Source of the DNA: an uncultured candidate division Zixibacteria bacterium
GTDB taxonomy: Bacteria > Zixibacteria > MSB-5A5 > UBA10806
Assembly (NCBI GenBank): GCA_963817915.1
Contig: CAWFQL010000017.1
Span: forward strand, 128,001 to 192,000
Reading direction: 5' to 3'
DNA: 64,000 bases
Shown: piece after piece, positions 30,461-40,642 of the stretch
Layout: every line of letters starts with the position of its first letter
Position numbering within the stretch: the stretch's first letter is position 1
Notes under the pieces: generated by a model
The model's database searches: none
Told to the model about the DNA's origin: nothing
What the model saw: the letters and a program-made list of their open reading frames with translations, nothing else
Position numbers and translations under genes: made by a program

Positions 30461-31660
30461 ATGAACGGCGATCAATGGAAAAATAGCAGGGTTATCATGC
30501 ATCTGGATATGGACGCTTTTTTCGCGGCTATCGAGCAAACAATACATCCGGCATTAAGGGGGAAACCGGTAATAATCGGCGGACCGGCGGATTCCAGGGG
30601 AGTGGTCTCAACCTGCTCCTACGAGGCCAGAAATTACGGTATTCATTCGGCAATGCCGATGAAAAAGGCGCATCAGCTTTGTCCCGATGGCATTTATATC
30701 GATACTTCTGGGGATAAATATTCCTACATGTCAGCAGAAGTGATGAAGATTTTAAGAGCTTTCTCACCCATAGTGGAGCCAGTCTCGATAGACGAGTCAT
30801 TTGTTGATATCACGGGGATATGGGAACGATATGGCGGGATGGAAAAGCTGGCTTTTAGCATCAAAGATGAAATCAGACATAGATTGGATTTGACAGCCTC
30901 GATTGGAATAGCCCCCAATCGATTTGTGGCCAAAATGGCGTCGTCATCGAATAAACCTAATGGACTCGTGATAATCCCTCCAGATCAAGTTCAACAATTT
31001 TTATGGGGTCAGCCGGTAGAGCACCTCTGGGGAGTTGGTCCGAAATCGGCAGAAGCGATGAAGAAATATGGTATTAATACAATCAGCGACCTGGCGAAAA
31101 CATCGAAGGCACAGATGAAAAATATGTTCGGTATAGTCGGTGAGGCGCTTATCGGTATGGCTAACGGTAAGGGAGAGGATAAGGTTAGGGCGAGCCACGA
31201 AGAAGGCGATACCAAATCGATGGGGCATGAACACACATTCCATAGAGATACTAAAGACCCCGATAGAATTCTGAGCCTGCTGCTCTATCTGTCTGATAAA
31301 GTAGCCCGTCGCCTTAGATTACACGATTACGAGGGCAGAACAGTCAATCTGAAAATTCGAAAATCTGATTTCAAGTTAGTTACCCGCGCGATAAGCTACA
31401 ATGTCTATATTAATAACGAACAAGAGATATTCAAGGCGGCTAAAAATCTGCTCTTGGAAAATAGATTTCTCGACCATCCGATCAGGCTTATCGGAGTCAA
31501 TATTTCCAATCTCCGGAAACGGCAGGCTGAAAATTACGATGAATATTTGATTGATTATGAACCGGTGAAAAAATCAAAAAAAATCGACGAAGTAATTGAT
31601 AAATTACGAGAAATTCACGGCGAAGAAGCGATAACTTTCGCCGGGACAAAATTGGATTAA
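30461..31660 (+). CDS. dinB: DNA polymerase IV (Y-family)
   Basis: HLDMDAFFA, CSYEAR.YG, SIDE, AKMAS..NKPNG, WGVG, IRLIGV. Confidence 0.95.
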   Translation: MNGDQWKNSRVIMHLDMDAFFAAIEQTIHPALRGKPVIIGGPADSRGVVSTCSYEARNYGIHSAMPMKKAHQLCPDGIYIDTSGDKYSYMSAEVMKILRAFSPIVEPVSIDESFVDITGIWERYGGMEKLAFSIKDEIRHRLDLTASIGIAPNRFVAKMASSSNKPNGLVIIPPDQVQQFLWGQPVEHLWGVGPKSAEAMKKYGINTISDLAKTSKAQMKNMFGIVGEALIGMANGKGEDKVRASHEEGDTKSMGHEHTFHRDTKDPDRILSLLLYLSDKVARRLRLHDYEGRTVNLKIRKSDFKLVTRAISYNVYINNEQEIFKAAKNLLLENRFLDHPIRLIGVNISNLRKRQAENYDEYLIDYEPVKKSKKIDEVIDKLREIHGEEAITFAGTKLD

Positions 31661-31676
31661 TTTATTCCGATTATCC

Positions 31677-31704
31677 TTGACTTAATACTCTTATTTCCTA
31701 TTTT
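31677..31704 (+). promoter_or_regulatory. Putative sigma70 promoter
   Basis: TTGACT-16 bp-TATTTT ahead of the GAGGTG RBS. Confidence 0.4.
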
Positions 31705-31743
31705 CCTCATGGTGATTTTGAACTTATTTTGAGGTGGTAAAAC

Positions 31744-32958
31744 ATGGCGGGAAAGAATGTCTTGGATAAGGAAAAGTTGTTAGTCGATCGATGGCATTTT
31801 TCTACGCGGGCTCGGACATTAAAGAGCTCGATTATAAGAGAAATTCTAAAAGATTCTACCAAACCCGGAGTGATTAATTTGGCCGGCGGTTTGCCAGCCC
31901 CCGAATTATTTCCTATCAACGATATCAAGCAAGCTTGTATTAGAGTTCTTGATAAATATGGTCCTGATTCATTACAGTATAGTCTCACCACCGGTGTACC
32001 ATTGCTTAAGAATTTCATTGCGGAAAGATTGTCGTCGGGCAGTTTCAAGTATTCACCGGACGCCATCCAGATCACCGGCGGTTCACAGCAGGGGCTTGAT
32101 GTAATTGGCCGAGTCTTTATCGAACCGGGCTCTGTAGTTCTTACCGAAGAGCCGACATATCTTGGCGCACTTCAAGCGTTTTCATTCTATGATGCCAAAT
32201 TTGTTTCGGTGAAAACTGACAATGATGGCATGTTGCCTGATGATCTCGAAAAGAAAATCGCCGCTCACGATCCGGCAATTATCTATGTAGTCCCCAATTT
32301 CCAGAATCCGTCGGGAATTACCTGGTCGGAATCCAGACGCAAAGCTCTTGTTGATCTGGCAATTAAGTACGATGTTCCCATAGTCGATGACAATCCTTAT
32401 GGCGAGCTTCGCTATTCTGGCGAGAATGTCCCGTCGCTCAAGGTTATGGGCGGCGCGCATGTTATTCAACTGGGGACATTTTCGAAAATTATTTCTCCCG
32501 GTCTCAGAATTGCTTGGATCGCCGCCGATCCCCAGATTATCTCATTCTGCGAAAGGATGAAACAGGCTTGCGACCTGCATACCGCGACATTCCCGCAATA
32601 CGTCATTTACGAATTTGCGAAGGACGGCGCGCTCGACGCCTATATCGAGGTTATCAAAAAAGCTTACGGTATAAGGCGCAATATTATGATTGAAACTTTG
32701 CGCAAGTTTTTTGACGATGGCACTACCTGGACCGAACCCGAAGGCGGACTTTTCCTCTGGGTCAAATTGCCATCGGGGATTTCGTCTTCCGAGCTTTTGC
32801 CGACGGCTCTCAAAGCCGGTGTCGCTTATGTGCCGGGCAAATATTTCTATAGTGTCACGCCCGATGATAGCACGCTGCGTATCAATTTCTGCAATGCCAC
32901 TGAGGGAAATATCGTCGAAGGCATTAGACGGCTGGCCAGTGTCGTGAAAAAAGCTTAA
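31744..32958 (+). CDS. PLP-dependent class I/II aminotransferase (LysN/ARO8-like)
   Basis: SSIIREIL, LAGGLPAPELFP, GSQQGLD, PNFQNPSG, DNPY, GTFSKI.SPGLR. Confidence 0.92.
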   Translation: MAGKNVLDKEKLLVDRWHFSTRARTLKSSIIREILKDSTKPGVINLAGGLPAPELFPINDIKQACIRVLDKYGPDSLQYSLTTGVPLLKNFIAERLSSGSFKYSPDAIQITGGSQQGLDVIGRVFIEPGSVVLTEEPTYLGALQAFSFYDAKFVSVKTDNDGMLPDDLEKKIAAHDPAIIYVVPNFQNPSGITWSESRRKALVDLAIKYDVPIVDDNPYGELRYSGENVPSLKVMGGAHVIQLGTFSKIISPGLRIAWIAADPQIISFCERMKQACDLHTATFPQYVIYEFAKDGALDAYIEVIKKAYGIRRNIMIETLRKFFDDGTTWTEPEGGLFLWVKLPSGISSSELLPTALKAGVAYVPGKYFYSVTPDDSTLRINFCNATEGNIVEGIRRLASVVKKA

Positions 32959-32977
32959 TCAAACATAGGCTCAATTA

Positions 32978-33820
32978 GTGGAAATACCATTCATAAAAAT
33001 TGAAGGACTTGGCAATGACTATGTCTATGTCCTCAAAAAATCGGTGTCGAAATTAAAAACCAGTTTGCCATTATTGGCAAAGTCTATGTCAGATAGGCAT
33101 AGGGGCGCTGGCTCGGATGGCATGATTGTAATCGATCCCTCAGATAAGAATACCGCTGCCATTACTATTTTCAATAGCGATGGCAGCGAAGCTGAATTCT
33201 GCGGCAACGGCTTACGCGGCGCGGTGCTTTTTTTGAATTGGATTCTTGGCTCTAAAAAGAAAAAATATTCAATCTCGACTAAATGGGACAGTTACCAGGC
33301 CGAAATAATAAGTTCCAAGGATGCTGCCGCCATTGTCATGGCCCGATTAAATTCGCCATCATTTTCTCCGGAAGATGTAGGCCTGAATAAAAATCTTAAG
33401 AATGGTTTGGGTCTGAAAATAAAAGTATCTTCCAAAACCTATACTCTATATTGCCTCGCGGTTTCCAATCCGCATGCAGTGATTTTTGTTGACAATTTTA
33501 ATTTCGACTGGCAAAATATCGGCAGAGAGATCGAGAAAAATTCATTATTCAAGAATAGAATTAATGTCATGTTCACGCATATAGATTCACCCAAAAGTAT
33601 AACCGTAATGCCTTGGGAGCGGGGCTCCGGAGCAACCTCAGCTTGCGGGTCGGGCGCGGCCGCCGCTACAGTAATTTCTGGTCTGCTTGGCTATACTAAG
33701 GGTCAGGTTTCTGTTCGAATGCCGGGTGGCAGTCTCAAGACTCAATGGGATATCGAAAACAATACCATCATGCAAGAAGGACCTTCCAAAATAGCTTATT
33801 CAGGATTGTTTTATATTTGA
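32978..33820 (+). CDS. dapF: Diaminopimelate epimerase
   Basis: GLGND, G.GSDG, NSDGSEAEFCGNG, NPH, WERGSGAT.ACGSG. Confidence 0.92.
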   Translation: MEIPFIKIEGLGNDYVYVLKKSVSKLKTSLPLLAKSMSDRHRGAGSDGMIVIDPSDKNTAAITIFNSDGSEAEFCGNGLRGAVLFLNWILGSKKKKYSISTKWDSYQAEIISSKDAAAIVMARLNSPSFSPEDVGLNKNLKNGLGLKIKVSSKTYTLYCLAVSNPHAVIFVDNFNFDWQNIGREIEKNSLFKNRINVMFTHIDSPKSITVMPWERGSGATSACGSGAAAATVISGLLGYTKGQVSVRMPGGSLKTQWDIENNTIMQEGPSKIAYSGLFYI

Positions 33821-35529
33821 AGCAGTTTAAAATCCATATAGCAGAAATGATTTCGGCATCCGCTGAAATCGATAAAAATCAGGTCATTTCGGCAATCGTA
33901 AAACCTCCCGATGAATCTATGGGCGATCTGGCGTTACCCTGTTTTATTTTCTCAAAAGCGTTGAGAAAATCACCCAATATTATCGCGCAAGATTTTGCCC
34001 AAAAATTATCTGCCGATAATGTGATTCAGAAAATCGAAGCTCAAGGGCCATATTTGAATTTCTTCCTGAATAGGACGAATGCAATCAATTCAATTATATC
34101 TTCAATCCGAAAAGAAGGCGACCATTTCGGGAGTAGCGATATCGGCAAGGACAAGACCATAGTCATCGATTATTCGTCGCCCAATATCGCCAAGCCATTC
34201 GGTATCGGGCATCTTCGTTCGACAGTAATCGGAGCGGCCCTCAAAAGGATTTACGAATTTCAAGGGTACAATGTTGTAGGCGTCAATCACCTGGGCGACT
34301 GGGGCACACAATTCGGCAAACTCATTGCGGCGTTCAGGCTCTGGGGTGATGAAACGAAACTAAATTCAGATCCTATCGGGCATCTCTTCGATCTCTATGT
34401 AAAAATTCATCAGGAAGAAGAAAAGGACCCTAGCCTAACATCGAAGGCACGTGAGGAATTCAAACGGCTCGAACAAGGCCAAAGCGATAATATTAAATTG
34501 TGGAATCATTTTTCTGAGCTGAGCCGAAAGGAATTCGACAAAATATATAAAATTCTCGGTGTCGAATTCGAAAGCTACGCTGGGGAATCATTTTACAATG
34601 ACCTAATTCCCAAGACACAATCTATGCTGGAAAAGTCCGGCCTTCTTTCGGAAAGCAGGGAGGCTACGATTGTCGATCTGGAAAAATTCGGCATGACCCC
34701 GATGCTTATTAAAAAAAGCGATGACACAACTCTTTACGCCACTCGCGATCTGGCCGCGGCCTTTTATCGCAGGGAGCATTATAATTTCTACAAAATGCTG
34801 TATGTAGTTAATGTTGCCCAGTCGCTTCATTTCAAACAATTATTTAAGGTGATTGAGCTTTTGGGCAATGATTGGGCCAAAGACTGCTATCATGTCAGCT
34901 TCGGATGGGTGAAATTGGGCGATGAGATGATGTCCACCCGCAAAGGGAATACGGTATTTCTCGAAGATGTCATTAATAAGTCAGTCGAATTGGCGAAAAA
35001 AATTATCAAGGAAAATAGTCCCGATCATCCTAACCCTGACGAGACCGCCTTTGCGGTCGGAGTCGGCGCAGTTGTCTTTACAGATCTGGCATTCAAGCGA
35101 GACACCGATATATCATTCGATTGGGATCGTATGCTTGATTTTAGTGGCAATACGGGTCCGAATCTCCAGTATGTGCATGCCAGGATTTGCAGTGTAATTA
35201 GAAAATACGGCAAGCCTTTGCCCGAGGATTTCGATGCCAGCCAATTGACATTGCCCGAGGAATTCGCGATCGCTAAGAAGCTGGCGGAATATCCCGATAT
35301 TATAGAAAAGGCCGGCGACGATTTCGAACCGTTCATAATTTCTTCTTTTTTACTTGAACTTTGCGGCCTGTTTAATACATATTACCAGAGATATAGGTCT
35401 GCCGAGGATAGAATCCTGTCTTCGAACGAATATAAGGCAAACGCCAGGTTAATTTTAATTGATTGCGTTAGATTAGTAGTAAGCTCAGGGCTTTATATCC
35501 TGGGTCTCAAGGCTCCGAAAATGATGTAA
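33817..35529 (+). CDS. argS: Arginine--tRNA ligase
   Basis: DYSSPNIAKPFGIGHLRS, HLGDWGTQFG, YATRDLAA, MSTRKG; TTG start overlaps the dapF stop. Confidence 0.95.
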   Translation: MKQFKIHIAEMISASAEIDKNQVISAIVKPPDESMGDLALPCFIFSKALRKSPNIIAQDFAQKLSADNVIQKIEAQGPYLNFFLNRTNAINSIISSIRKEGDHFGSSDIGKDKTIVIDYSSPNIAKPFGIGHLRSTVIGAALKRIYEFQGYNVVGVNHLGDWGTQFGKLIAAFRLWGDETKLNSDPIGHLFDLYVKIHQEEEKDPSLTSKAREEFKRLEQGQSDNIKLWNHFSELSRKEFDKIYKILGVEFESYAGESFYNDLIPKTQSMLEKSGLLSESREATIVDLEKFGMTPMLIKKSDDTTLYATRDLAAAFYRREHYNFYKMLYVVNVAQSLHFKQLFKVIELLGNDWAKDCYHVSFGWVKLGDEMMSTRKGNTVFLEDVINKSVELAKKIIKENSPDHPNPDETAFAVGVGAVVFTDLAFKRDTDISFDWDRMLDFSGNTGPNLQYVHARICSVIRKYGKPLPEDFDASQLTLPEEFAIAKKLAEYPDIIEKAGDDFEPFIISSFLLELCGLFNTYYQRYRSAEDRILSSNEYKANARLILIDCVRLVVSSGLYILGLKAPKMM

Positions 35530-35591
35530 AAATTTGTAAATAGAATAATCCAGTAATAATCAACATATAGCAATGGGATAGCGATTTTGAA

Positions 35592-36965
35592 ATGGACAAG
35601 ATAATTAATTCTGCAACCAATCTGAGGGCGACTTTGAGTCTGCCTGGGGATCACGCTATTTCTACCAGGCTTGCATTGCTGGCGCCCTTATGTAATGGTC
35701 CGGTAGAAATCAAAAATTACGCCACCAGTCTCGAAAGCCAATCGGCGCTAAAATGTTTAAGTCAACTCGGAGTTGAGGTCGAATCAAATGGCGACTCAAC
35801 CATTATTCATGGTAAGGGTCTGGAAGGGATGATCGCGCCATCAGAGCCAATCGATGTCGGTTATTCGGGGCCAGCAGCCAGAATGATATGCGGACTTTTG
35901 GCGGCCGGCGATTTCGAAGCCGATATAATCTGCAACGAAATTATCTCGATGCTTCCCATGAGGAGAATTATCGAGCCGCTTGAAAAAATGGGCGCCGAAA
36001 TAAAATCCAACAATTTCAGATTTCCATTGCATATCAAGGGCGGGAGGCTTAAGGGAATCAGATACCCTGTGCCTGTGACATCATCACATGTCAAAGGCGC
36101 GATGCTCCTTGCAGGCCTTTCTGCGGAAGGTGACACTGAAATTATTGAACGGCTTCCGAGCCGCGATCATTTTGAACGAATGATGGCATTTTTCGGAATA
36201 AAGATTCGCAAAAGCCACTACGAGCAAAAGCCGGTCAATGAAGACCCTCTCGCGAAACGATTCAAAAAGGCCCAGGGAATTGTCTCTGTTGATATTAAGG
36301 GTGATATGCTATCATTAAGAGGCGGCCAAAAATTGGCGCCGAAACCGGTTGTTATTCCTGGAGATTTATCTATCGCCGCCAATTTCCTGATCGCCGGACT
36401 GCTTGTCAAAAATTCAGTAGTTACCGTCGAAAATGTCAGCCTGAATCCTACGCGCTTGGGATTTGTCGAAGTCTTGAAAAAAATGAAAGCCCCCATCACG
36501 GTCAGGCAGAATGGCGATTATGGGTTCGAGCCTGTCGGTTCAATTGAAATTAAATCTGCCCAAATCAAAGGCCGCCGCATGGTCGGCGAATTAATCCCGA
36601 CAATCATAGATGAGCTTCCCATAATGTCAATAGTCGCGGCCGCCGCGCAGGGCACTTCCGTCATCCGCGACGCTTATGAATTGCGCAACCAGAAAACCGA
36701 CCGTATCAAGGTCATTGCGGCCAATCTCCGTCGAATGGGAGTCAAGGTAGGGGAACTCGACGATGGCATGGCGATCGATGGCGGCGGAGAACTCGATGGC
36801 GCTGAAATTGAAACATTCGGCGACCATAGAATCGCCATGGCATTCGCGGTTGCCGGTTTGATAGCTCATGGTCAGACTGTCATTAAGGATGCTGAATGCG
36901 TTGAATTGTCGCATCCCGGATTCTGGGATGATTTCGATCGCATGGTCGGCGCAACCCGCAATTAA
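35592..36965 (+). CDS. aroA: EPSP synthase (AroA class II)-like protein with substituted active-site residues
   Basis: Full-length AroA scaffold (SRDH.E, PGD.S, NPTR, IDELP, GDHRIAM), but the PGDKS, GNSGT, RPM, SAQVK and KESDR motifs are altered. Confidence 0.75.
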   Translation: MDKIINSATNLRATLSLPGDHAISTRLALLAPLCNGPVEIKNYATSLESQSALKCLSQLGVEVESNGDSTIIHGKGLEGMIAPSEPIDVGYSGPAARMICGLLAAGDFEADIICNEIISMLPMRRIIEPLEKMGAEIKSNNFRFPLHIKGGRLKGIRYPVPVTSSHVKGAMLLAGLSAEGDTEIIERLPSRDHFERMMAFFGIKIRKSHYEQKPVNEDPLAKRFKKAQGIVSVDIKGDMLSLRGGQKLAPKPVVIPGDLSIAANFLIAGLLVKNSVVTVENVSLNPTRLGFVEVLKKMKAPITVRQNGDYGFEPVGSIEIKSAQIKGRRMVGELIPTIIDELPIMSIVAAAAQGTSVIRDAYELRNQKTDRIKVIAANLRRMGVKVGELDDGMAIDGGGELDGAEIETFGDHRIAMAFAVAGLIAHGQTVIKDAECVELSHPGFWDDFDRMVGATRN

Positions 36966-36966
36966 A

Positions 36967-37429
36967 TTGACTCAAGATTCTATTGTCAAATCCTCTGTTT
37001 TTTCCAGAATAATCATTTCTGCGAAATCGGGTATTGGAAAAGGTATTTACGCGTTCCTGCAATTGTGCGTGGTAATGATACCTGTTTATATTGCAGTCGC
37101 CTTACTCAAACTAACCCCGATAATGGATATAATAAGCAACGCCTTTGCGCCATTCATGAAATATTTCGGCCTGCCGGGCGCCTCGGCCCTGGCGGTAGTC
37201 ACTGGTAATTTCGTAAATATCTACGCGGCCCTTGGCAATAATTGCTGGTTTGGGGTTAGATGTCAGACAGATCACGATATTGGCCATTATGCTCGGTATA
37301 TCTCATTCGCAAATCATGGAAAGCGCCGTGATAGGGAAGATGAAAGCCAGAATGTATTTGATTACAACTCTGCGCTTGGTAATTTCATTAATTGTATCAT
37401 TTATTCTAAATTTAACCCTACCGGCATAA
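36967..37429 (+). CDS. Nucleoside-recognition (Gate) domain membrane protein (+1 frameshift near 37230)
   Basis: PFMKYFGLPG.SALA...G.FVNIYAA continues in another frame as AIIAGL...MLGISHS.IMES. Confidence 0.7.
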
Positions 37430-37432
37430 AAC

Positions 37433-37891
37433 ATGGAATTTATCACAACGACATCAATTGGTCTGGGAAAACTGCTTTTTCTCGTTTTTGCGATTGTAGT
37501 ACCATTGATGATAGTTCTCGAGATTTTCCGCGAATTCAATATTCTCGATCGCTTTACCAATTTCCTTCTACCGGTCGCCAGATTAATAGGTTTCCAAAAA
37601 GAATCGATTTATCCCTTGATCGCCGGAATCCTGTTTGGAATCACATATGGCGGCGGTGTCTTAATCGGTGAATCAAGCTCTGGCCGTATCGACGCAAAAC
37701 AAAGTTTTCTCGTGGCATTATTTCTTGGTCTATGCCATGCTATGATTGAGGATACATTGCTATTTGTGGCGCAGGGAGCAAATCCGCTGATTATTGTGCC
37801 ATTCAGATTTATACTGGCATTTTTAGTCGTACTGGTAGCGTCGTGGATTATAGGAAAAGGCGTAAATGGATCGAAAAAAATTAGGGGATAA
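37433..37891 (+). CDS. Nucleoside-recognition (Gate) domain membrane protein
   Basis: G.LFGITYGGGVLI, CHAMIEDTLLF motifs. Confidence 0.8.
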   Translation: MEFITTTSIGLGKLLFLVFAIVVPLMIVLEIFREFNILDRFTNFLLPVARLIGFQKESIYPLIAGILFGITYGGGVLIGESSSGRIDAKQSFLVALFLGLCHAMIEDTLLFVAQGANPLIIVPFRFILAFLVVLVASWIIGKGVNGSKKIRG

Positions 37892-38228
37892 AGGCGAAGA
37901 GATCGCGGCATCGTTTCTACGCGCCAAGGGATTCACGATCAGAGAAGTGAAATGGCGCCAGACCCGCTATGAAATTGATCTGATTGCCTCAAAGGATAAT
38001 TCCATCGTCTTCGTGGAAGTAAAGACGCTTCGCAATACGGCACTTGGTCCTCCGGAATTAAGAGTCACGAAAACCAAGCAAAAAAGAATCGCCATTGCGG
38101 CCGGAGAATATCTATCTTTGATCTGCGAGGAGCCCGATGAAATCCGTTTTGATGTAATCGCAATTATCTGGCAGAAGGATAAATCTCCTATTATAAATCA
38201 TATAGAATCTGCGTTTATTTTAGATTAA
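37866..38228 (+). CDS. yraN: YraN (UPF0102) family PD-(D/E)XK nuclease-like protein
   Basis: G..GE..A..FL..KG, EIDLIA, VFVEVK, RFDVIAI, HIESAF. Confidence 0.9.
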   Translation: MDRKKLGDKGEEIAASFLRAKGFTIREVKWRQTRYEIDLIASKDNSIVFVEVKTLRNTALGPPELRVTKTKQKRIAIAAGEYLSLICEEPDEIRFDVIAIIWQKDKSPIINHIESAFILD

Positions 38229-38576
38229 TTTGGAATTTTGTTCGTAACAAGCCTGAGTGAATCTAACCTGTCTGCTATCTTAGCCCACAATCCGGCCTTA
38301 GTCGCCAGGTCGTTGGAATATTTTTGTAAATACCCTTTTATCCAGGTAGAGTCAGTGCCATACATCTTATAAGATTTCTGAAAATTTTATTCGAAGCGAA
38401 TCGCTCCCCTCCGGAAACTGCTCTTTCGCGATTGCCAGATCCGTATAAGCGCAAATGAATTTATTCTTTTCGATTTCAGCCGAATTTAAAATCCGGGATC
38501 TGACGATTATTGTCGCCAGAATCCCGGATAAAATTAAAACAGCGATGATGATTAAATTTCTTAAGGGCTTACTCAT
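38225..38576 (-). CDS. Membrane-anchored hypothetical protein (+1 frameshift near 38370)
   Basis: The 69 aa ORF continues after a one-base shift as KMYGTDSTWIKGYLQKY...LWAKIADRLDSLR...stop at 38225; co-directional with ppiD. Confidence 0.6.
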
Positions 38577-38582
38577 TACAGT

Positions 38583-40409
38583 TTAAGATGTCCTGTAATC
38601 CTCGATTTTCGCCTTATCCTTCAATGACGTTACCCATTTACTCCAGAGATCTTTTCGCTTGGTATTAATCATTTCCAGCCTCAACGAATCTGTCTTGGGT
38701 GACATAGTGCTGAAATCAGGCAATTGATGGTCTACCAATTTTATAATGTATGCTCCGCTACGGGATTTTACCATTTTGGACACAGGATTTGCAGGAGTCA
38801 GGCTAAACGATGCTCCGATAAAGTCAGGATCATTGCCGATTTTAGGTATGAACATTGACCGTGTGATAAAATCAGTTTCTTGAACCGGCTTGCCCGATTC
38901 AGCGGCAATTTGCTCAAAAGCTTTTCCCGATGAGATTTCGTCGGCTAATTGCTGGCCGCGTTGCTGTGCCAATTCGGCTCGTTTATCCCGTAGGATCATT
39001 CTTTGAATTCGATCCTTGGCCTCTTCCAATGGTGTGTAACCCGCCGGTAGCTTCTTAACCAACTGGGCGACCAAAAATGCGCTTCTCGATGGGATTACTT
39101 CTGATATGTCGCCGTCTTTGGCGTTGAATGCGAAATCGCTGAGGGATTGATTCGGCCCTAAATTGGGAATCGCGGCGCCCTTTGCAAACGGTTTTGTCTC
39201 ATTTACAGTAAGACCCTGTTCCTCGGCTATAGTCTTTAATCCCGATTTCATGGCGTCGACCTTAAGATTATCGGCTTTCTGCTCAAGACGAGATAATGTC
39301 TCGGTTGATGGCTCAACCTTAATTAAAATATGGCTTGCCTGAAATTCGGGTTTGTTATCCTTGCTTACACGCTTTCCTGTCAGCTTGATGATATGCCAGC
39401 CAAATGATGTTTTAACAGGTTCTGAAATTTCGCCAATTTTTGTCAGCTTCTTAACCGCCTCAGTAAACTCCGGAACCATCTGTCCCTCACCGAACCAGCC
39501 TAAATCTCCGCCCTTGGCCCCGGAGCCTTTATCCTCCGATTTTTCTTTGGCGATTGTGGCGAAGTCCGCGCCTCCTCTGATTTCTTTGAGGATTTCATCT
39601 ATAGTTATTTTGGCATCGGCATAGTCTTCGTCGCTTGGCAGTCTCTGAAATTGAACGTAGCTAATTACAGCTCTTTCGGGGACCTTATACTGCTCTAAAT
39701 CCTTATCATATCGGGCCTTGATTTCGGAATCGGGAACCGTAGTTATTGTGGAATCGTAATCGCCGGCCGGAATAGTAATATATTTGACTTTGATCTTGTC
39801 GTTTTTCTCTGCAAAATCATTCTTTACATCTTCGGGAGTCACACGTACCATCGAAAGCACGAATTCTTGCAGGCGCGAGATTAGCAACTGCTGTCTGATC
39901 TGATCCTCGAAATCCTTCAATATATTTATCATCTGCGGATCGCCGGACATCGCCATTTGCTGCAGCCAGCCCTGATATTTTGACATATCAAATTTGCCTT
40001 CGGTCTGAAAATTTTTGGACTCCGTGATTTCTTTTGGCGGGGACTGGCGCATGAATTGGGCTACTTCAGCATCGGTAACAGCAATGCCGTGCTTGGCGGC
40101 TTCCTGCTCGATAAGAGTAATGGTTGTGATAGAATTCCAGACTTCATTAGAAACCCTTTGCAGGTCATCTTCGCTCGGCTCTTGGCCATCCTTGTAGAGA
40201 GCCTGGGTTCTCGCGCTTAGGGCGTTTGAAAACTTTGTATATGGGATGTTTTCACCATTTATTGTGCCCACCACTCCCGGAGGGGCGCCTGCGCCTCTAT
40301 TCTTGCTGGCAAAAACGCTCATCAAACCGCCGTAAACCATAAAACCCACGAATGCCACCAAGACTACAATGAATATTACTTTGGCGGAATTCCGCATTGT
40401 CTGCATCAT
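38583..40409 (-). CDS. PpiD/SurA-type periplasmic peptidyl-prolyl isomerase/chaperone
   Basis: N-terminal TM and SurA-N-like region; parvulin motif FATIAKEKSED.GS...GGDLGWF...MVPEF; FGWHIIK. Confidence 0.9.
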   Translation of the reverse strand: MMQTMRNSAKVIFIVVLVAFVGFMVYGGLMSVFASKNRGAGAPPGVVGTINGENIPYTKFSNALSARTQALYKDGQEPSEDDLQRVSNEVWNSITTITLIEQEAAKHGIAVTDAEVAQFMRQSPPKEITESKNFQTEGKFDMSKYQGWLQQMAMSGDPQMINILKDFEDQIRQQLLISRLQEFVLSMVRVTPEDVKNDFAEKNDKIKVKYITIPAGDYDSTITTVPDSEIKARYDKDLEQYKVPERAVISYVQFQRLPSDEDYADAKITIDEILKEIRGGADFATIAKEKSEDKGSGAKGGDLGWFGEGQMVPEFTEAVKKLTKIGEISEPVKTSFGWHIIKLTGKRVSKDNKPEFQASHILIKVEPSTETLSRLEQKADNLKVDAMKSGLKTIAEEQGLTVNETKPFAKGAAIPNLGPNQSLSDFAFNAKDGDISEVIPSRSAFLVAQLVKKLPAGYTPLEEAKDRIQRMILRDKRAELAQQRGQQLADEISSGKAFEQIAAESGKPVQETDFITRSMFIPKIGNDPDFIGASFSLTPANPVSKMVKSRSGAYIIKLVDHQLPDFSTMSPKTDSLRLEMINTKRKDLWSKWVTSLKDKAKIEDYRTS

Positions 40410-40642
40410 AATTTTATCTCTCCATTTTTATTATTTTCTTCGACACATATCCTCAAAATTTAACCATAATATAAATTATATCTTTCTATCGCAAGCACAA
40501 AAAACTGAGGATTGCGGCCGCATCCATAATATTCAAATGCCTCTAATGTCCATTTTATCAAATTCCGATGATAATCTTCCTGGTTTGGCCATTTGAGAAT
40601 TATTGACTTGTATTCATTCATATACTAAAAAGCTTCAGGAAT

